Below are positions 1-10,889 of a stretch of DNA of 64,000 nucleotides, in pieces. Position 1 is the stretch's first letter. Each line of letters begins with the position of its first letter. This DNA is from a virus (taxonomy: Duplodnaviria; Caudoviricetes). The translations under genes were made by a program, and so were the position numbers. Location: IMG/VR virus record IMGVR_UViG_3300047157_000186. One strand, given 5' to 3'. The notes under the pieces are model-generated. The model did no database searches, was not told the origin of the DNA, and saw only the letters and a program-made list of their open reading frames with translations.

Positions 1-2
1 AT

Positions 3-497
3 AATAATAATGAATTAGTAAAAGCAGATTCTGCAAAAGATACTGGTATAGTTGGTATTTTATGGCTAGAAGTTGATTATTCTTTAAAACCAAGTCCATT
101 AGATAAACACTTTAGTGAACCTAGAGTATATGTAGAAAAAGATCATCATTATAGAGATTCATTTGGTGTTAAATTAGCAGAAGCTGATAGAGATACTAAA
201 ACTATTTGGAGAGTTGCTTCATTAGGTGATTCAATTGAAGGATCGCTATTAGGTATGAAAGTATGTAATCAAAATGGTGAAGTAGCTATTGGAGACCTTT
301 TATGTTCTTCAGATACACCAGGTTATCTTATGAAACAACCAGTTGAATATGCAGTTGTTAACATTGAAGATGGCACTCCACAATATGAAGAAAGACAAGT
401 GATTAATTCATTTACAGTAGGTAAATGTATGTCATCTGTTAATTTTGATGGAAATGGCAAAGCAGAAGGCGTTTATGGATACCTTTATTGCGGATAA
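3..497 (+). CDS. 3' part of a virion/tail-fibre protein (5'-truncated by window); C-terminus resembles fibre intramolecular-chaperone-like domains
   Basis: Frame is open from nt 3 through the tracked ORF 255..497. Motif VASLGD...VCNQNGEVAIGDLLCSSDTPGYLMKQ...VGKC is typical of phage fibre C-termini (recalled, not searched). Confidence 0.5.
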   Translation, partial: NNNELVKADSAKDTGIVGILWLEVDYSLKPSPLDKHFSEPRVYVEKDHHYRDSFGVKLAEADRDTKTIWRVASLGDSIEGSLLGMKVCNQNGEVAIGDLLCSSDTPGYLMKQPVEYAVVNIEDGTPQYEERQVINSFTVGKCMSSVNFDGNGKAEGVYGYLYCG

Positions 498-541
498 TAC
501 TAAATAAATGAATATATAAATAAATAAAACAAAGATAAATA

Positions 542-2176
542 ATGGCAAACATTACAAATGGAACAGTATCAGTAACAGTATCTGGAGGAGTCGGACCTTA
601 CCAGTATACTTTATTGAACGCAGGGAATAATTTACCTGTACCACAAAACGCATATCCGACGTTTCAAAATCCTGTAAATTCAGTTGTATCAAACTCATTT
701 ACTTTTGGAAACGCTACAGATTATTCAGGTAACAGTGGAGTTGTTGCAGGTGATTATAAAATAAAAATAGTCGACGGAAATGGTTGTGAAACTTTTACTA
801 ATGTTTTAACTGTTAATGCCAATACTCCTTCGCCAACTGCGACACCAGCTCCGACTGCAGTTCCAACTGCAACGCCAGTGCCAGATCCGACTGCAACGCC
901 AGTGCCAGATCCGACTGCAACGCCAGTTCCAGATCCTACAGCAACAGCTATACCAGATCCGACTGCAACGCCAGTTCCAGATCCTACAGCAACAGCTATA
1001 CCAGATCCAACTGCAACGCCAGTTCCGACTGCAATACCAACTGCAACGCCAGTTCCGACTGCTGAACCATTATTATTACAACCACAGAGACATGTTGTTT
1101 CTGGATGGAATCTAATGGCAGGTGAACCTGAAGAATTCATAAATGGATTACTTGATAAGAATGAAGAAGAACATCGTGATTTCTTCTGTAATGCACAAGA
1201 TATTAGTGGTGTATCTCATCAAGCAGGAGACGAAGCTAGACCATATGTATTATGGACCGCTGAAGAAGAGGCGTTAACTATGCCTGAAGTTGGAAACGTA
1301 TTTTACGCAGATCAAAATGGAGATGAATTCTTTACAAATAGTGGATTCCTTTGGTGGAATTCTGAAACACCATCATCAGAACCTACAAATTACTTCTGGG
1401 TTACTATAGGATCTGAAGGTGTAGCTACTAAAGTTTTACAATGGACAGAATGTCCACCAGATCCAACTGCAACGCCAGTTCCACCAACTGCAACGCCAGT
1501 TCCAACAGCTGAACCAACTGCAACGCCAGTTCCAACAGCTGAACCAACTGCAACGCCAGTTCCAACAGCTGAACCGACTGCAACGCCAGTTCCACCAACT
1601 GCAACGCCAGTTCCAACAGCTGAACCGACTGCAACGCCAGTTCCACCAACTGCAACGCCAGTTCCAACAGCTGAACCAACTGCAACGCCAGTTCCAACAG
1701 CTGAACCAACTGCAACGCCAGTTCCACCAACTGCAACGCCAGAACCAGAACAAGCTGATGCATATTACTTCCACTTAGGATCAGGAGGATATCCTTACGC
1801 ACAAGATCTAATTGGAGGAACTTTATATAAAGCTGATAATAGTGTAGCTGCTAATTATGATGAATCATTCGCAGATATGTTAGCTAACCCTGGATCATAT
1901 GAACAAGTAAACTCACTATCTGAAATAGTTGATGGTACTAGTTTTACAATTCCGGCAAGTAGTTCAGCTAACTTCTATTGGCTAGCAATTCCAGTAGATA
2001 TGATAGGTGATGACTTAACAGTTCATAAAAGATTTGAAATCGATGGAGCACCAGCAGATAATTGTTCAGAAAAATTAGCATTTGTTGGACCAAATGGAAC
2101 TAATTATAATTTGTATAAATTAAACACTGTTCCAATGACTATTGAATTACCTATAGTTTACGTTGTAAATAGCTAA
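542..2176 (+). CDS. Pro/Thr-rich (PTATP repeat) putative virion surface protein
   Basis: Two blocks of PTATPVP(D/TAE) tandem repeats separate globular beta-rich domains. Confidence 0.7.
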   Translation: MANITNGTVSVTVSGGVGPYQYTLLNAGNNLPVPQNAYPTFQNPVNSVVSNSFTFGNATDYSGNSGVVAGDYKIKIVDGNGCETFTNVLTVNANTPSPTATPAPTAVPTATPVPDPTATPVPDPTATPVPDPTATAIPDPTATPVPDPTATAIPDPTATPVPTAIPTATPVPTAEPLLLQPQRHVVSGWNLMAGEPEEFINGLLDKNEEEHRDFFCNAQDISGVSHQAGDEARPYVLWTAEEEALTMPEVGNVFYADQNGDEFFTNSGFLWWNSETPSSEPTNYFWVTIGSEGVATKVLQWTECPPDPTATPVPPTATPVPTAEPTATPVPTAEPTATPVPTAEPTATPVPPTATPVPTAEPTATPVPPTATPVPTAEPTATPVPTAEPTATPVPPTATPEPEQADAYYFHLGSGGYPYAQDLIGGTLYKADNSVAANYDESFADMLANPGSYEQVNSLSEIVDGTSFTIPASSSANFYWLAIPVDMIGDDLTVHKRFEIDGAPADNCSEKLAFVGPNGTNYNLYKLNTVPMTIELPIVYVVNS

Positions 2177-2204
2177 AATAAATAATAAAAATAAATAATA
2201 AAAA

Positions 2205-4097
2205 ATGGCACTACCACAAGGAATACAAAGAGTTAACTTTTTATCAGCATCCGCTCCAAGTGATGGAATAATACATTCTATTGCACAAAAGGGTGGATAT
2301 CAAGAAATCTATCATCAGAATGATTTCCCTACAATTACATGTTTTGAAAACAGTGATTCAGCATATACTGGTTTCACTTTATCAGATGACATATGGTCTT
2401 CAGGTAGAAGAAGAGCCGGTATGTTGGTTTTTGTAATGAAAACAAAACAATTTTTTAATTTAATTCCAGTAGGTTTTGTTGGAAACGGAGGAGATTTACT
2501 TGAAGCTGATTGGATTAATATGCCTGAGTGGGAAAGAGCATTGAGAATTGATCCTTCAGGAACTTATTGTTCTGAAGGAGCAACTCCAGCAAATGGTTTT
2601 ACTGCTGTACAAAAAACAGCTGCAGATATAGGAATATCTGCAGATCCAATGGGATGTTGGATAGAAACAAGTATCGGAACTAATGGAGTTGATGGAGCAG
2701 ACGGAGCTGATGGAGCACCAGGAGCTGATGGAGCCGATGGAGCACCAGGAGCCAATGGAGTTGATGGAGCTGATGGAGCACCAGGAGCCGATGGAGCCGA
2801 TGGAGCTGATGGTCAAGATTATGAAAAAGTATTAGATTTCTGGTCTGAAGGAGCAGAATTCTATAAAGTAGGTCAAGATTCAGAATATGAAAATAGTGTT
2901 AACAATAGAAATCCTAACTTATATGTATGTAAAGGTGAAACTTATACATTTAGAAGATCTACTGGAGGGCATCCATTAAATATTTTTAGTCAAAACGGTA
3001 ATATCGCTGCAGGAATTGTTAGTGGTAGTTTACCAGTTGTTGAAAATGCAGATTTAGTGTGGAAAGTACCACAAGATGCGTTTGGAACATATACATATGT
3101 GTGTACTGCACATGCAGGTATGACAGGAACAATAACAGTATGTTGTGCTGACGGAACTCCGGCTCCAGATCCAACTGCAACACCAGTTCCTCAACCAGAT
3201 CCAACTGCAACGCCAGTTCCTCAACCGGATCCAACTGCAACGCCAGTTCCAGATCCAACTGCAACACCAGTTCCTGAGCCAACTGCAACACCAGAAGCAC
3301 CTAAAGATGTGTATACATTTGGTGTAAATGTAGCTGACGGTGCAGGAGATATTGAAAATAAAGAAGCATGTGAAGATTTAAAACATCCAATATATACTTC
3401 AGATAAAGCAGATCCAATGCAATTAACTATAGGTGATCGTTTATGGCAAGACGTTGAAACAAGTGTGCCATTTAATGGTAGCGACAGATGGTATGATATA
3501 GGAAATGAAGGAATTCCAAAATTAAAAGTTAAAGTTAGAGGCGGTGAAATAGTATCAGTTGCTGATTGTCCAGGAGATTCTCCGGATCCAACACCGCAAC
3601 CAGATCCAACTGCAACACCGCAACCAGATCCAACTGCAACACCGATTCCACCAACACCTCAACCAACTGATAGTTCAGGTGATGGAAACGGTCCAACACC
3701 AACTGCAACACCAGATAGACCTGAGGATAAATACACAACTACATGGACATTTGAAGAAGCTTCACAAGATCCAACTTATAAAATAGTTTCAGGTACAGGT
3801 AGTAGTAGAAATGAGGAAGAAGATCTAACATCATTTAGAACTCCTGCAGTAAGTAAAGAAACTTCTACTAACCATTACTTATGGATTGTTAGAAGAGACG
3901 GACAACCTATTACTAATTCGGCAGTTGCACGTCTAGAACTAGAAGGTTCTGCTCAACAACATATTGTTAATCAAAATGCTATAAGAGTACAAATACCAAT
4001 TACTCAAGCAGAAGGAGATAGAACATACACTGGAACATTAATTACAAATCCTGAAGGAGGCGAAGGAGGCGAAGGAGAAGGAGATGATCCAAGGTAA
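2205..4097 (+). CDS. Modular virion protein: shared MALPQG N-domain, short collagen, cupredoxin-like domain, PTATP linkers
   Basis: GAD/GAP Gly-X-Y run; GGHP...YVCTAHAGM motif; PDPTATP repeats; N-terminal ~150 aa paralogous to the 4206 ORF. Confidence 0.7.
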   Translation: MALPQGIQRVNFLSASAPSDGIIHSIAQKGGYQEIYHQNDFPTITCFENSDSAYTGFTLSDDIWSSGRRRAGMLVFVMKTKQFFNLIPVGFVGNGGDLLEADWINMPEWERALRIDPSGTYCSEGATPANGFTAVQKTAADIGISADPMGCWIETSIGTNGVDGADGADGAPGADGADGAPGANGVDGADGAPGADGADGADGQDYEKVLDFWSEGAEFYKVGQDSEYENSVNNRNPNLYVCKGETYTFRRSTGGHPLNIFSQNGNIAAGIVSGSLPVVENADLVWKVPQDAFGTYTYVCTAHAGMTGTITVCCADGTPAPDPTATPVPQPDPTATPVPQPDPTATPVPDPTATPVPEPTATPEAPKDVYTFGVNVADGAGDIENKEACEDLKHPIYTSDKADPMQLTIGDRLWQDVETSVPFNGSDRWYDIGNEGIPKLKVKVRGGEIVSVADCPGDSPDPTPQPDPTATPQPDPTATPIPPTPQPTDSSGDGNGPTPTATPDRPEDKYTTTWTFEEASQDPTYKIVSGTGSSRNEEEDLTSFRTPAVSKETSTNHYLWIVRRDGQPITNSAVARLELEGSAQQHIVNQNAIRVQIPITQAEGDRTYTGTLITNPEGGEGGEGEGDDPR

Positions 4098-4121
4098 TTA
4101 ATTAATTAAATTAATTTTATT

Positions 4122-4151
4122 AAAAGAGAGGCTTTTTGCCTCTCTTTTTTT
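4122..4151 (+). terminator. Rho-independent terminator (probably bidirectional)
   Basis: AAAAGAGAGGC-TTTTT-GCCTCTCTTTT followed by a T-run. Confidence 0.85.
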
Positions 4152-4205
4152 GTTTCCACGTTTTTAATTTAGATATATAAAAAAAGAAAAATAATTTAAT
4201 TTATA

Positions 4206-7200
4206 ATGGCTTTACCACAAGGAATACAAAGAGTTAACTTTTTATCTCATTCAGCACCATCTGAAGGTTTAATACATTCTATCGCACAAAAGGGTGGTTA
4301 TCAAGAAATGATAACAGTTGGAGAAAGAAATAGTATACCTCTTTTTGAAAATGGAGTTTCAACATATACAGGTTTTACAATATCGGATGACATTTGGTCA
4401 TCAGGTAGAAGAAGAGTTGGTATGATGATTCATGTTGTAGAAGATAAAAAAATATTTAATTTAATTCCCGTTGGTTTCTTTGGAAACGGTGGTGATTTAG
4501 GAGAAGCTGATTGGTTAGCTTTACCAGAATGGGAAAGAGCATTAAGAATAGATCCTGCAGGAACTTACTGTGCTGCGGGTGCAACTCCAGCAAATGGTTT
4601 TACTGCTGAACAAAAAACGGCTGCAGATATAGGAATATCTAATGATCCTAATGGATGTTGGGTAGAATTATCATTATCTGGAGAAAGCGGAGCTGATGGA
4701 ACTTCAGGTGTAGATGGAGCTGATGGAGCACAAGGAGTAAATGGGAACGATGGAACTTCAGGTGTAGATGGATCCTCAGTAAATTTCATGACTACTTCAA
4801 CTGATATACACTCAAATAATGCAAACGGTACTTTAACAGTAGATCCTGGATTATCTTATATAGGTGGCGAATATATTTCGATTACACAACCATTAGATAT
4901 GACTAATGTACAAATTGCAATAGTAACTGCTTACAGTAATACGCAATTAACATTTTCACACGTATCAAATAACGGTAACTTATTAAATAGTAACGGTCCT
5001 TGGATTATTAATCTAAGTAGTGTACCTGGTCAAACAGGAGCAGATGGAACATCAGGAGTTGATGGAAACGATGGAACTTCTGGTAGTAATGGAACTTCTG
5101 GTATTAATGGACTCGCTGGAACTTCAGGAAATGACGGTGTTAATGGAACATCAGGAGTTGATGGAACATCAGGAAAAGATGGTTCTAATGGAGAAGATGG
5201 TGAAGATGGAGTTAATGGAACTTCTGGTATCAATGGAACTTCTGGTATCGATGGAACTTCTGGTATCGATGGAGTTAGTGGAACTTCTGGTATAGATGGA
5301 ACTTCTGGTATAGATGGAACTTCTGGTATTAATGGAACTTCAGGAGTTGATGGAAACGCTGGAACTTCTGGTGTAGATGGAACTTCTGGAACAGATGGAG
5401 ATTCAATAGAATTTGCAACTTCATTTAATGGTCCACATAGTCTCGGTGAAGACAGAAATCCAGGTAACCAAGATTTAGGTTCGGTAACAGTAGATACTGG
5501 TTTATCATATCAAGGTGGTGAATACGTTATAGTATCTTTAGATGCCAGTCCGGATGATTTTGATATAGTACAAGTAACTTCATATGATAGTTCTACTGGT
5601 GTAATGATGTGGAATAACGTTTATCAAAGTACAGAATCTTCATTTAGTTCTAATTGGAATATCAACTTAACTGGTATACCAGGTATTAAAGGTGATGATG
5701 GAGCTACAGGTGCCGATGGTGTTGATGGTAGAGGAATCTCTTCTATTACAATAGACGACGATGGTAACATGATAATTGTTTATACGAACGGTGATGGTGC
5801 TACTTTACCAAATGTTGGCGGTGAAGATGGAACATCTGGAGTAGATGGAACTTCTGGTGCAGATGGAACTTCAGGAGTTGATGGAACTTCAGGTATTAAA
5901 GGAGAAGATGGAACTTCAGGAATTAATGGTATAGATGGAACTTCAGGTGTAACACCAATAAAAGGTGAAGATTATACTGATGGAACTTCAGGAAAAGACG
6001 GTGCAGATGGAACTTCAGGAGTTGATGGAAACAATGGAACTTCTGGTGCAGATGGAACTTCAGGAGTTGATGGAACTTCAGGTATTAAAGGAGAAGATGG
6101 AACTTCAGGAGTTGATGGTCCACGAGGTGGAGTAGGACCAGGTGTTAATTTTAAAGGAGAAGTTGAAACAGAAGCAAATTTACCGGAAGAAGGCAATCAA
6201 CAAGGTGACGCATATATTGTACAAGCAGATGATAGTTTCTGGATGTGGAACGGAACAAATTGGATTAATGGTGGATCAATACAAGGTGCATCAGGAACTT
6301 CAGGTAAAGATGGAACCTCAGGAGTTGATGGAAACGATGGAACTTCAGGAGTAGATGGAACTTCAGGAAAAGACGGTGAAGATGGAACTTCAGGTAGAGA
6401 TGGCGCAGATGGTACATCTGGAGCTGATGGTGCTGATGGTGATCATGGAACATCAGGTATAAGCGGAACTTCAGGTACAACTCCAATAAAAGGTGAAGAT
6501 TATGTAGATGGAACTTCAGGAAAAGACGGTGAAGATGGAACTTCAGGAGTAAGCGGAACTTCAGGAGTTGATGGAACTTCAGGAGTTGATGGAACTTCAG
6601 GTAGAGATGGAACATCTGGAATTAATGGTACATCAGGTGCAACACCAATAAAAGGTGAAGATTATAACGATGGAACTTCAGGAATTAATGGAACATCAGG
6701 TGTAACACCAATAAAAGGTGAAGATTATGTAGATGGAACTTCAGGAAAAGACGGCGAAGATGGAACTTCAGGTAGAGATGGAACTTCAGGAATTAATGGT
6801 ACATCTGGAATTAACGGTACATCTGGAATTAACGGTGTAAACGGAACTTCAGGTGTAAACGGAACATCTGGAATTAATGGTACATCAGGTATAAGTGGAA
6901 CTTCAGGTGTAACACCAATAAAAGGTGAAGATTATACTGATGGAACTTCAGGAAAAGACGGTGAAAATGGAACTTCAGGTAGAGATGGAACAAGTGGATC
7001 TTCAGGAGTAACTGGTAATCCAGGAACATCAGGTGTAAGTGGAACTTCTGGTGTAAGTGGATCAAGTGGATCTTCAGGAACTGATGGATCGAGCGGATCT
7101 TCGGGAAGAAATGGAACTTCAGGTATAACGCCAATAAAGGGTGAAGATTATGTAGATGGAACTTCAGGAAAAGACGGTGAAGATGGAACTTCTGGTATAG

Positions 7201-8939
7201 ACGGAACATCTGGAACTAATGGTTCTTCTGGATCTTCAGGTGAAGATGGTGGTAGAGGAAATGATGGAAGTTCAGGAACTGATGGAACTTCAGGTAAAGA
7301 TGGATCAAGTGGAACTTCAGGATCAAGTGGTTCTTCAGGAACTAATGGATCAAGTGGAACTAATGGTACATCAGGTACAACACCAATAAAAGGTGAAGAT
7401 TATGTAGATGGTGAAAACGGCACATCAGGTAAAGATGGAACTTCAGGTAGAAATGGTGAAAATGGAACATCAGGATCAAGTGGAACTAACGGAACTTCTG
7501 GTACAGATGGTAGTTCAGGTTCGAGTGGAAGCTCAGGAACTAATGGAAGTTCAGGAACTAATGGTACAAGTGGAACTAATGGAACTAGCGGAAGCTCAGG
7601 TTCATCAGGAACTAACGGAACTTCAGGTATAACACCAATAAAAGGTGAAGATTACACTGATGGAACTTCTGGAAAAGATGGAACTTCTGGAACTTCTGGA
7701 ACTAACGGAACTTCTGGTACAGATGGTAGTTCAGGTTCGAGTGGAAGCTCAGGAACTGATGGAAGTTCAGGAACTGATGGAACTTCTGGTTTAGCTGGAA
7801 CTTCAGGTAAAGATGGAACTTCAGGTATAACACCAATAAAAGGTGAAGATTATACTGATGGAACTTCAGGTAAAGATGGAACTTCAGGTACAAATGGTAC
7901 TTCTGGAACAAATGGTACAAGTGGAACTGACGGTTCTTCTGGAACAAATGGTACAAGTGGAACTGACGGAACAAGTGGAACTGACGGAACTTCTGGTACT
8001 AATGGTAGTTCAGGTACAACTCCAATAAAAGATGAAGATTATACTGATGGAACTTCAGGTAAAGATGGAACTTCAGGAACTGATGGAACTTCAGGTAAAG
8101 ATGGAACTTCAGGAACTGATGGATCAAGTGGAACTGACGGGACTTCAGGAACTGATGGAACTTCAGGAACTGATGGAACTTCAGGAACTGATGGAACAAG
8201 TGGAACTGATGGAACTTCAGGTGTAACACCAATAAAAGGTGAAGATTATACTGATGGAACTTCAGGTAAAAACGGAGACCCTGGAACTTCAGGTACAAAT
8301 GGATCAAGTGGAACTGACGGAACTTCAGGAACTGACGGAACTTCAGGAACTGATGGAACAAGTGGAACTGACGGAACTTCAGGAACAAACGGTACATCAG
8401 GTAAAACACCAGTAAAAGGTGAAGATTATACAAATGGAACTTCAGGAACAAACGGAAGCTCAGGTACAAATGGAACTTCAGGAAGAGATGGTAGTGGAAC
8501 TAGTGGAACTTCAGGTAATTCTGGATCGCGTGGAACAGGATCATGTTGGGAACATATAGCTCTTAATCCAGTTGCAAGAGACGTAACAGTCACAAATAAT
8601 GGATTGCAAAAGGCATTCGTAAAGGTGCCATTTACATTTGAAAATGAAGGATATGAATTAAGATGGATAGAATCATCATATGGTACTGTTAATAACACAG
8701 CTAACGTAGTATATACTTTAAACGGTGTAAGTAGCAACGGTGCAGTAAGTAGCATTGCAACATGGACACATAGTGCTAATAATAAATTTGCAATTTCACC
8801 GGTAATGGAAAAAGTAAATACTGACTCTAAATATTTATATGTTACAGCTTCAAATCAAGACTTTTCAGCAAAAGGATTTACTGTAACCTTAGAGTTTGTG
8901 AACAATGATAGTGACTGTTATGATTACACAGATATGTAA
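4206..8939 (+). CDS. 1577-aa collagen-like fibre protein with Gly-Thr-Ser repeats
   Basis: Hundreds of Gly-X-Y triplets (GTS/GxD/GxN); 12 TP(I/V)K(G/D)EDY interruptions; one GDAYIV..W knot module; globular ends. Confidence 0.8.
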   Translation: MALPQGIQRVNFLSHSAPSEGLIHSIAQKGGYQEMITVGERNSIPLFENGVSTYTGFTISDDIWSSGRRRVGMMIHVVEDKKIFNLIPVGFFGNGGDLGEADWLALPEWERALRIDPAGTYCAAGATPANGFTAEQKTAADIGISNDPNGCWVELSLSGESGADGTSGVDGADGAQGVNGNDGTSGVDGSSVNFMTTSTDIHSNNANGTLTVDPGLSYIGGEYISITQPLDMTNVQIAIVTAYSNTQLTFSHVSNNGNLLNSNGPWIINLSSVPGQTGADGTSGVDGNDGTSGSNGTSGINGLAGTSGNDGVNGTSGVDGTSGKDGSNGEDGEDGVNGTSGINGTSGIDGTSGIDGVSGTSGIDGTSGIDGTSGINGTSGVDGNAGTSGVDGTSGTDGDSIEFATSFNGPHSLGEDRNPGNQDLGSVTVDTGLSYQGGEYVIVSLDASPDDFDIVQVTSYDSSTGVMMWNNVYQSTESSFSSNWNINLTGIPGIKGDDGATGADGVDGRGISSITIDDDGNMIIVYTNGDGATLPNVGGEDGTSGVDGTSGADGTSGVDGTSGIKGEDGTSGINGIDGTSGVTPIKGEDYTDGTSGKDGADGTSGVDGNNGTSGADGTSGVDGTSGIKGEDGTSGVDGPRGGVGPGVNFKGEVETEANLPEEGNQQGDAYIVQADDSFWMWNGTNWINGGSIQGASGTSGKDGTSGVDGNDGTSGVDGTSGKDGEDGTSGRDGADGTSGADGADGDHGTSGISGTSGTTPIKGEDYVDGTSGKDGEDGTSGVSGTSGVDGTSGVDGTSGRDGTSGINGTSGATPIKGEDYNDGTSGINGTSGVTPIKGEDYVDGTSGKDGEDGTSGRDGTSGINGTSGINGTSGINGVNGTSGVNGTSGINGTSGISGTSGVTPIKGEDYTDGTSGKDGENGTSGRDGTSGSSGVTGNPGTSGVSGTSGVSGSSGSSGTDGSSGSSGRNGTSGITPIKGEDYVDGTSGKDGEDGTSGIDGTSGTNGSSGSSGEDGGRGNDGSSGTDGTSGKDGSSGTSGSSGSSGTNGSSGTNGTSGTTPIKGEDYVDGENGTSGKDGTSGRNGENGTSGSSGTNGTSGTDGSSGSSGSSGTNGSSGTNGTSGTNGTSGSSGSSGTNGTSGITPIKGEDYTDGTSGKDGTSGTSGTNGTSGTDGSSGSSGSSGTDGSSGTDGTSGLAGTSGKDGTSGITPIKGEDYTDGTSGKDGTSGTNGTSGTNGTSGTDGSSGTNGTSGTDGTSGTDGTSGTNGSSGTTPIKDEDYTDGTSGKDGTSGTDGTSGKDGTSGTDGSSGTDGTSGTDGTSGTDGTSGTDGTSGTDGTSGVTPIKGEDYTDGTSGKNGDPGTSGTNGSSGTDGTSGTDGTSGTDGTSGTDGTSGTNGTSGKTPVKGEDYTNGTSGTNGSSGTNGTSGRDGSGTSGTSGNSGSRGTGSCWEHIALNPVARDVTVTNNGLQKAFVKVPFTFENEGYELRWIESSYGTVNNTANVVYTLNGVSSNGAVSSIATWTHSANNKFAISPVMEKVNTDSKYLYVTASNQDFSAKGFTVTLEFVNNDSDCYDYTDM

Positions 8940-8962
8940 TAAAAATAGAATATATAATTAAC

Positions 8963-9280
8963 ATGGTAAAATTATTTGAAGATTTTTTAAATGAGAAGAA
9001 TTTACAAGTCCAAGTTAGAGATCACGTTATTAGATATAGGTTAACATATCAATATGGTAAAGGTGGATTTATAACAATGGCAAGTAATAGCAAAGAATTA
9101 GATAAACAAATAGAGATTGACAATCCAATGGAAATAGGCAAGGCTATTGAAAATTCTATTAATGCGGAGCTTAAAAAACTTAGACAATTATTTACTGTAG
9201 AAGAAGATCATGGTTATCAAGGAGCTGGATATGCTTTTTATATTGTATTTGATGATCTATTAAAATTATTAAATAAGTAA
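8963..9280 (+). CDS. Hypothetical protein with N-terminal KLFEDFLNE motif (possible capsid-targeting signal)
   Basis: ORF track; N-terminus resembles the T4 internal-protein CTS MKTYQEFIAE. Confidence 0.6.
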   Translation: MVKLFEDFLNEKNLQVQVRDHVIRYRLTYQYGKGGFITMASNSKELDKQIEIDNPMEIGKAIENSINAELKKLRQLFTVEEDHGYQGAGYAFYIVFDDLLKLLNK

Positions 9281-9283
9281 ATT

Positions 9284-10825
9284 ATGATAACAGTATTTGG
9301 CGATTTTGAACCAACACCAACACCAACTGCGACATCAATTCCAACAGGTAATTGTCAGCATTCATGGTTTTCAATAGAAGTAGATCAAAATAAGTACGGC
9401 ATACGTTACAAATCAATAGAAACTGGAAATTATGTAACAACACGCCTTACTATGGCAATAAGTACTGCAAATGTATGGCGCTTTGGACAGGAAGGTTATG
9501 TTGTTTCTGTATGTTCACAAGAAGTAGTAAATGTATATGATTTTAATAATAACGCAATCGTCAGTGGTATTGATGGTTTTGAAAGATTAGCTTCAGGTGG
9601 TTCATGTTCTAATGATGGTCCATGTTCTTATGATGCTCCTAACCCAACTGCAACACCAGTACCAACTGCAACACCAGTTCCAACACCCTCACCTACTCAA
9701 ACACCAGATTGTCTATATTATACTTTAGTACCTAGTTCTGGTGAAACAACTGCAACTTATGCTTGGATAGCATGTGGAGGAGGAACTCAATTTAGTACTT
9801 GGACAGGTTTATCTGGAGATCAAAGAATTGTTTGTGCTAAATATGGTACAGTAAGAAAAACTAGTGGAAGCGGATCGATATTTGTTGGTAGTGAATGTGA
9901 ATTACCACCACCTTCTCCAACACCAACTGCAACACCAGTTCCAACATCGAGACCAACTGCAACACCATATCCAACTGCAACACCTAATCCAACTGCTGCA
10001 CCACCTACAGCAACACCTATACCATTTCCAACTGCAACACCAGTTCCAACACCAAACAAAGACTCAGGTGGAGGTTCAGGACCTGTAGAACCAACACCGT
10101 TGCCAACGCCGGTTCCACCAACTGCAACACCATCATATTATGTATATGAATTGAGTTCATGTAATTCTGAACAATCAAATGTTAAAGCTAGATCTAATAC
10201 TCAACTAGTAATAGGAGGCAAATATGAACTTACTGGTTCTAGTTACCAAAGTGGATCACCATGGACTATTTTAAGAACAAGAACTGGTTTTTACGAAACA
10301 TGGATTGGCAATGTAACGAGAGATGCATGTGACAGTGGAGGTGAATGTTTATTAGAAGGAACACAAATTAAATTACCTAATGGAACGTCTACACAAATAG
10401 AAACATTAAAAATAGGTGATACTTTAGCTTCTAATAACATAGGTAATATGCCAAATACTGATAATGTACTTGAATTATTAACATGGGAAGAAACTGATCC
10501 ATCAGTTTCAAGTACAACTACAACTATTGTAGGTATAGAATTAAATACTGTTACTAGAGTTTTAAACTTTAATCAAGGATTATTAACATCAACAGTAGCA
10601 CATTTACATATTATTAAAAGAGATAATTTATGGATGGTTACCCAAGCAATAAATATCAAAGAAGGTGATATCTTTATAGATGATAGTGGTACAGAACATA
10701 TTATCAATTCAATCGAAGATATGTCTGGAACTTTCAATACTTATAAAATAGATGTTGAAGAGAATGATACATATATCGCTAATAATATTATTACACATAA
10801 TAGGAAATTACAGGATCCAGTCTAA
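9284..10825 (+). CDS. Pro/Thr-repeat, Cys-rich protein with C-terminal Hint (intein-like) domain
   Basis: PTATP repeats; Hint block A CLLEGT (nt 10346), block B TVAH, block F YKIDVE, terminal THN (nt 10801) then RKLQDPV. Confidence 0.8.
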   Translation: MITVFGDFEPTPTPTATSIPTGNCQHSWFSIEVDQNKYGIRYKSIETGNYVTTRLTMAISTANVWRFGQEGYVVSVCSQEVVNVYDFNNNAIVSGIDGFERLASGGSCSNDGPCSYDAPNPTATPVPTATPVPTPSPTQTPDCLYYTLVPSSGETTATYAWIACGGGTQFSTWTGLSGDQRIVCAKYGTVRKTSGSGSIFVGSECELPPPSPTPTATPVPTSRPTATPYPTATPNPTAAPPTATPIPFPTATPVPTPNKDSGGGSGPVEPTPLPTPVPPTATPSYYVYELSSCNSEQSNVKARSNTQLVIGGKYELTGSSYQSGSPWTILRTRTGFYETWIGNVTRDACDSGGECLLEGTQIKLPNGTSTQIETLKIGDTLASNNIGNMPNTDNVLELLTWEETDPSVSSTTTTIVGIELNTVTRVLNFNQGLLTSTVAHLHIIKRDNLWMVTQAINIKEGDIFIDDSGTEHIINSIEDMSGTFNTYKIDVEENDTYIANNIITHNRKLQDPV

Positions 10826-10889
10826 TCTCATTGGACATGTAAACAAAACGTTGATATATAATATAACTACTAATTAACGTTATAATTAC

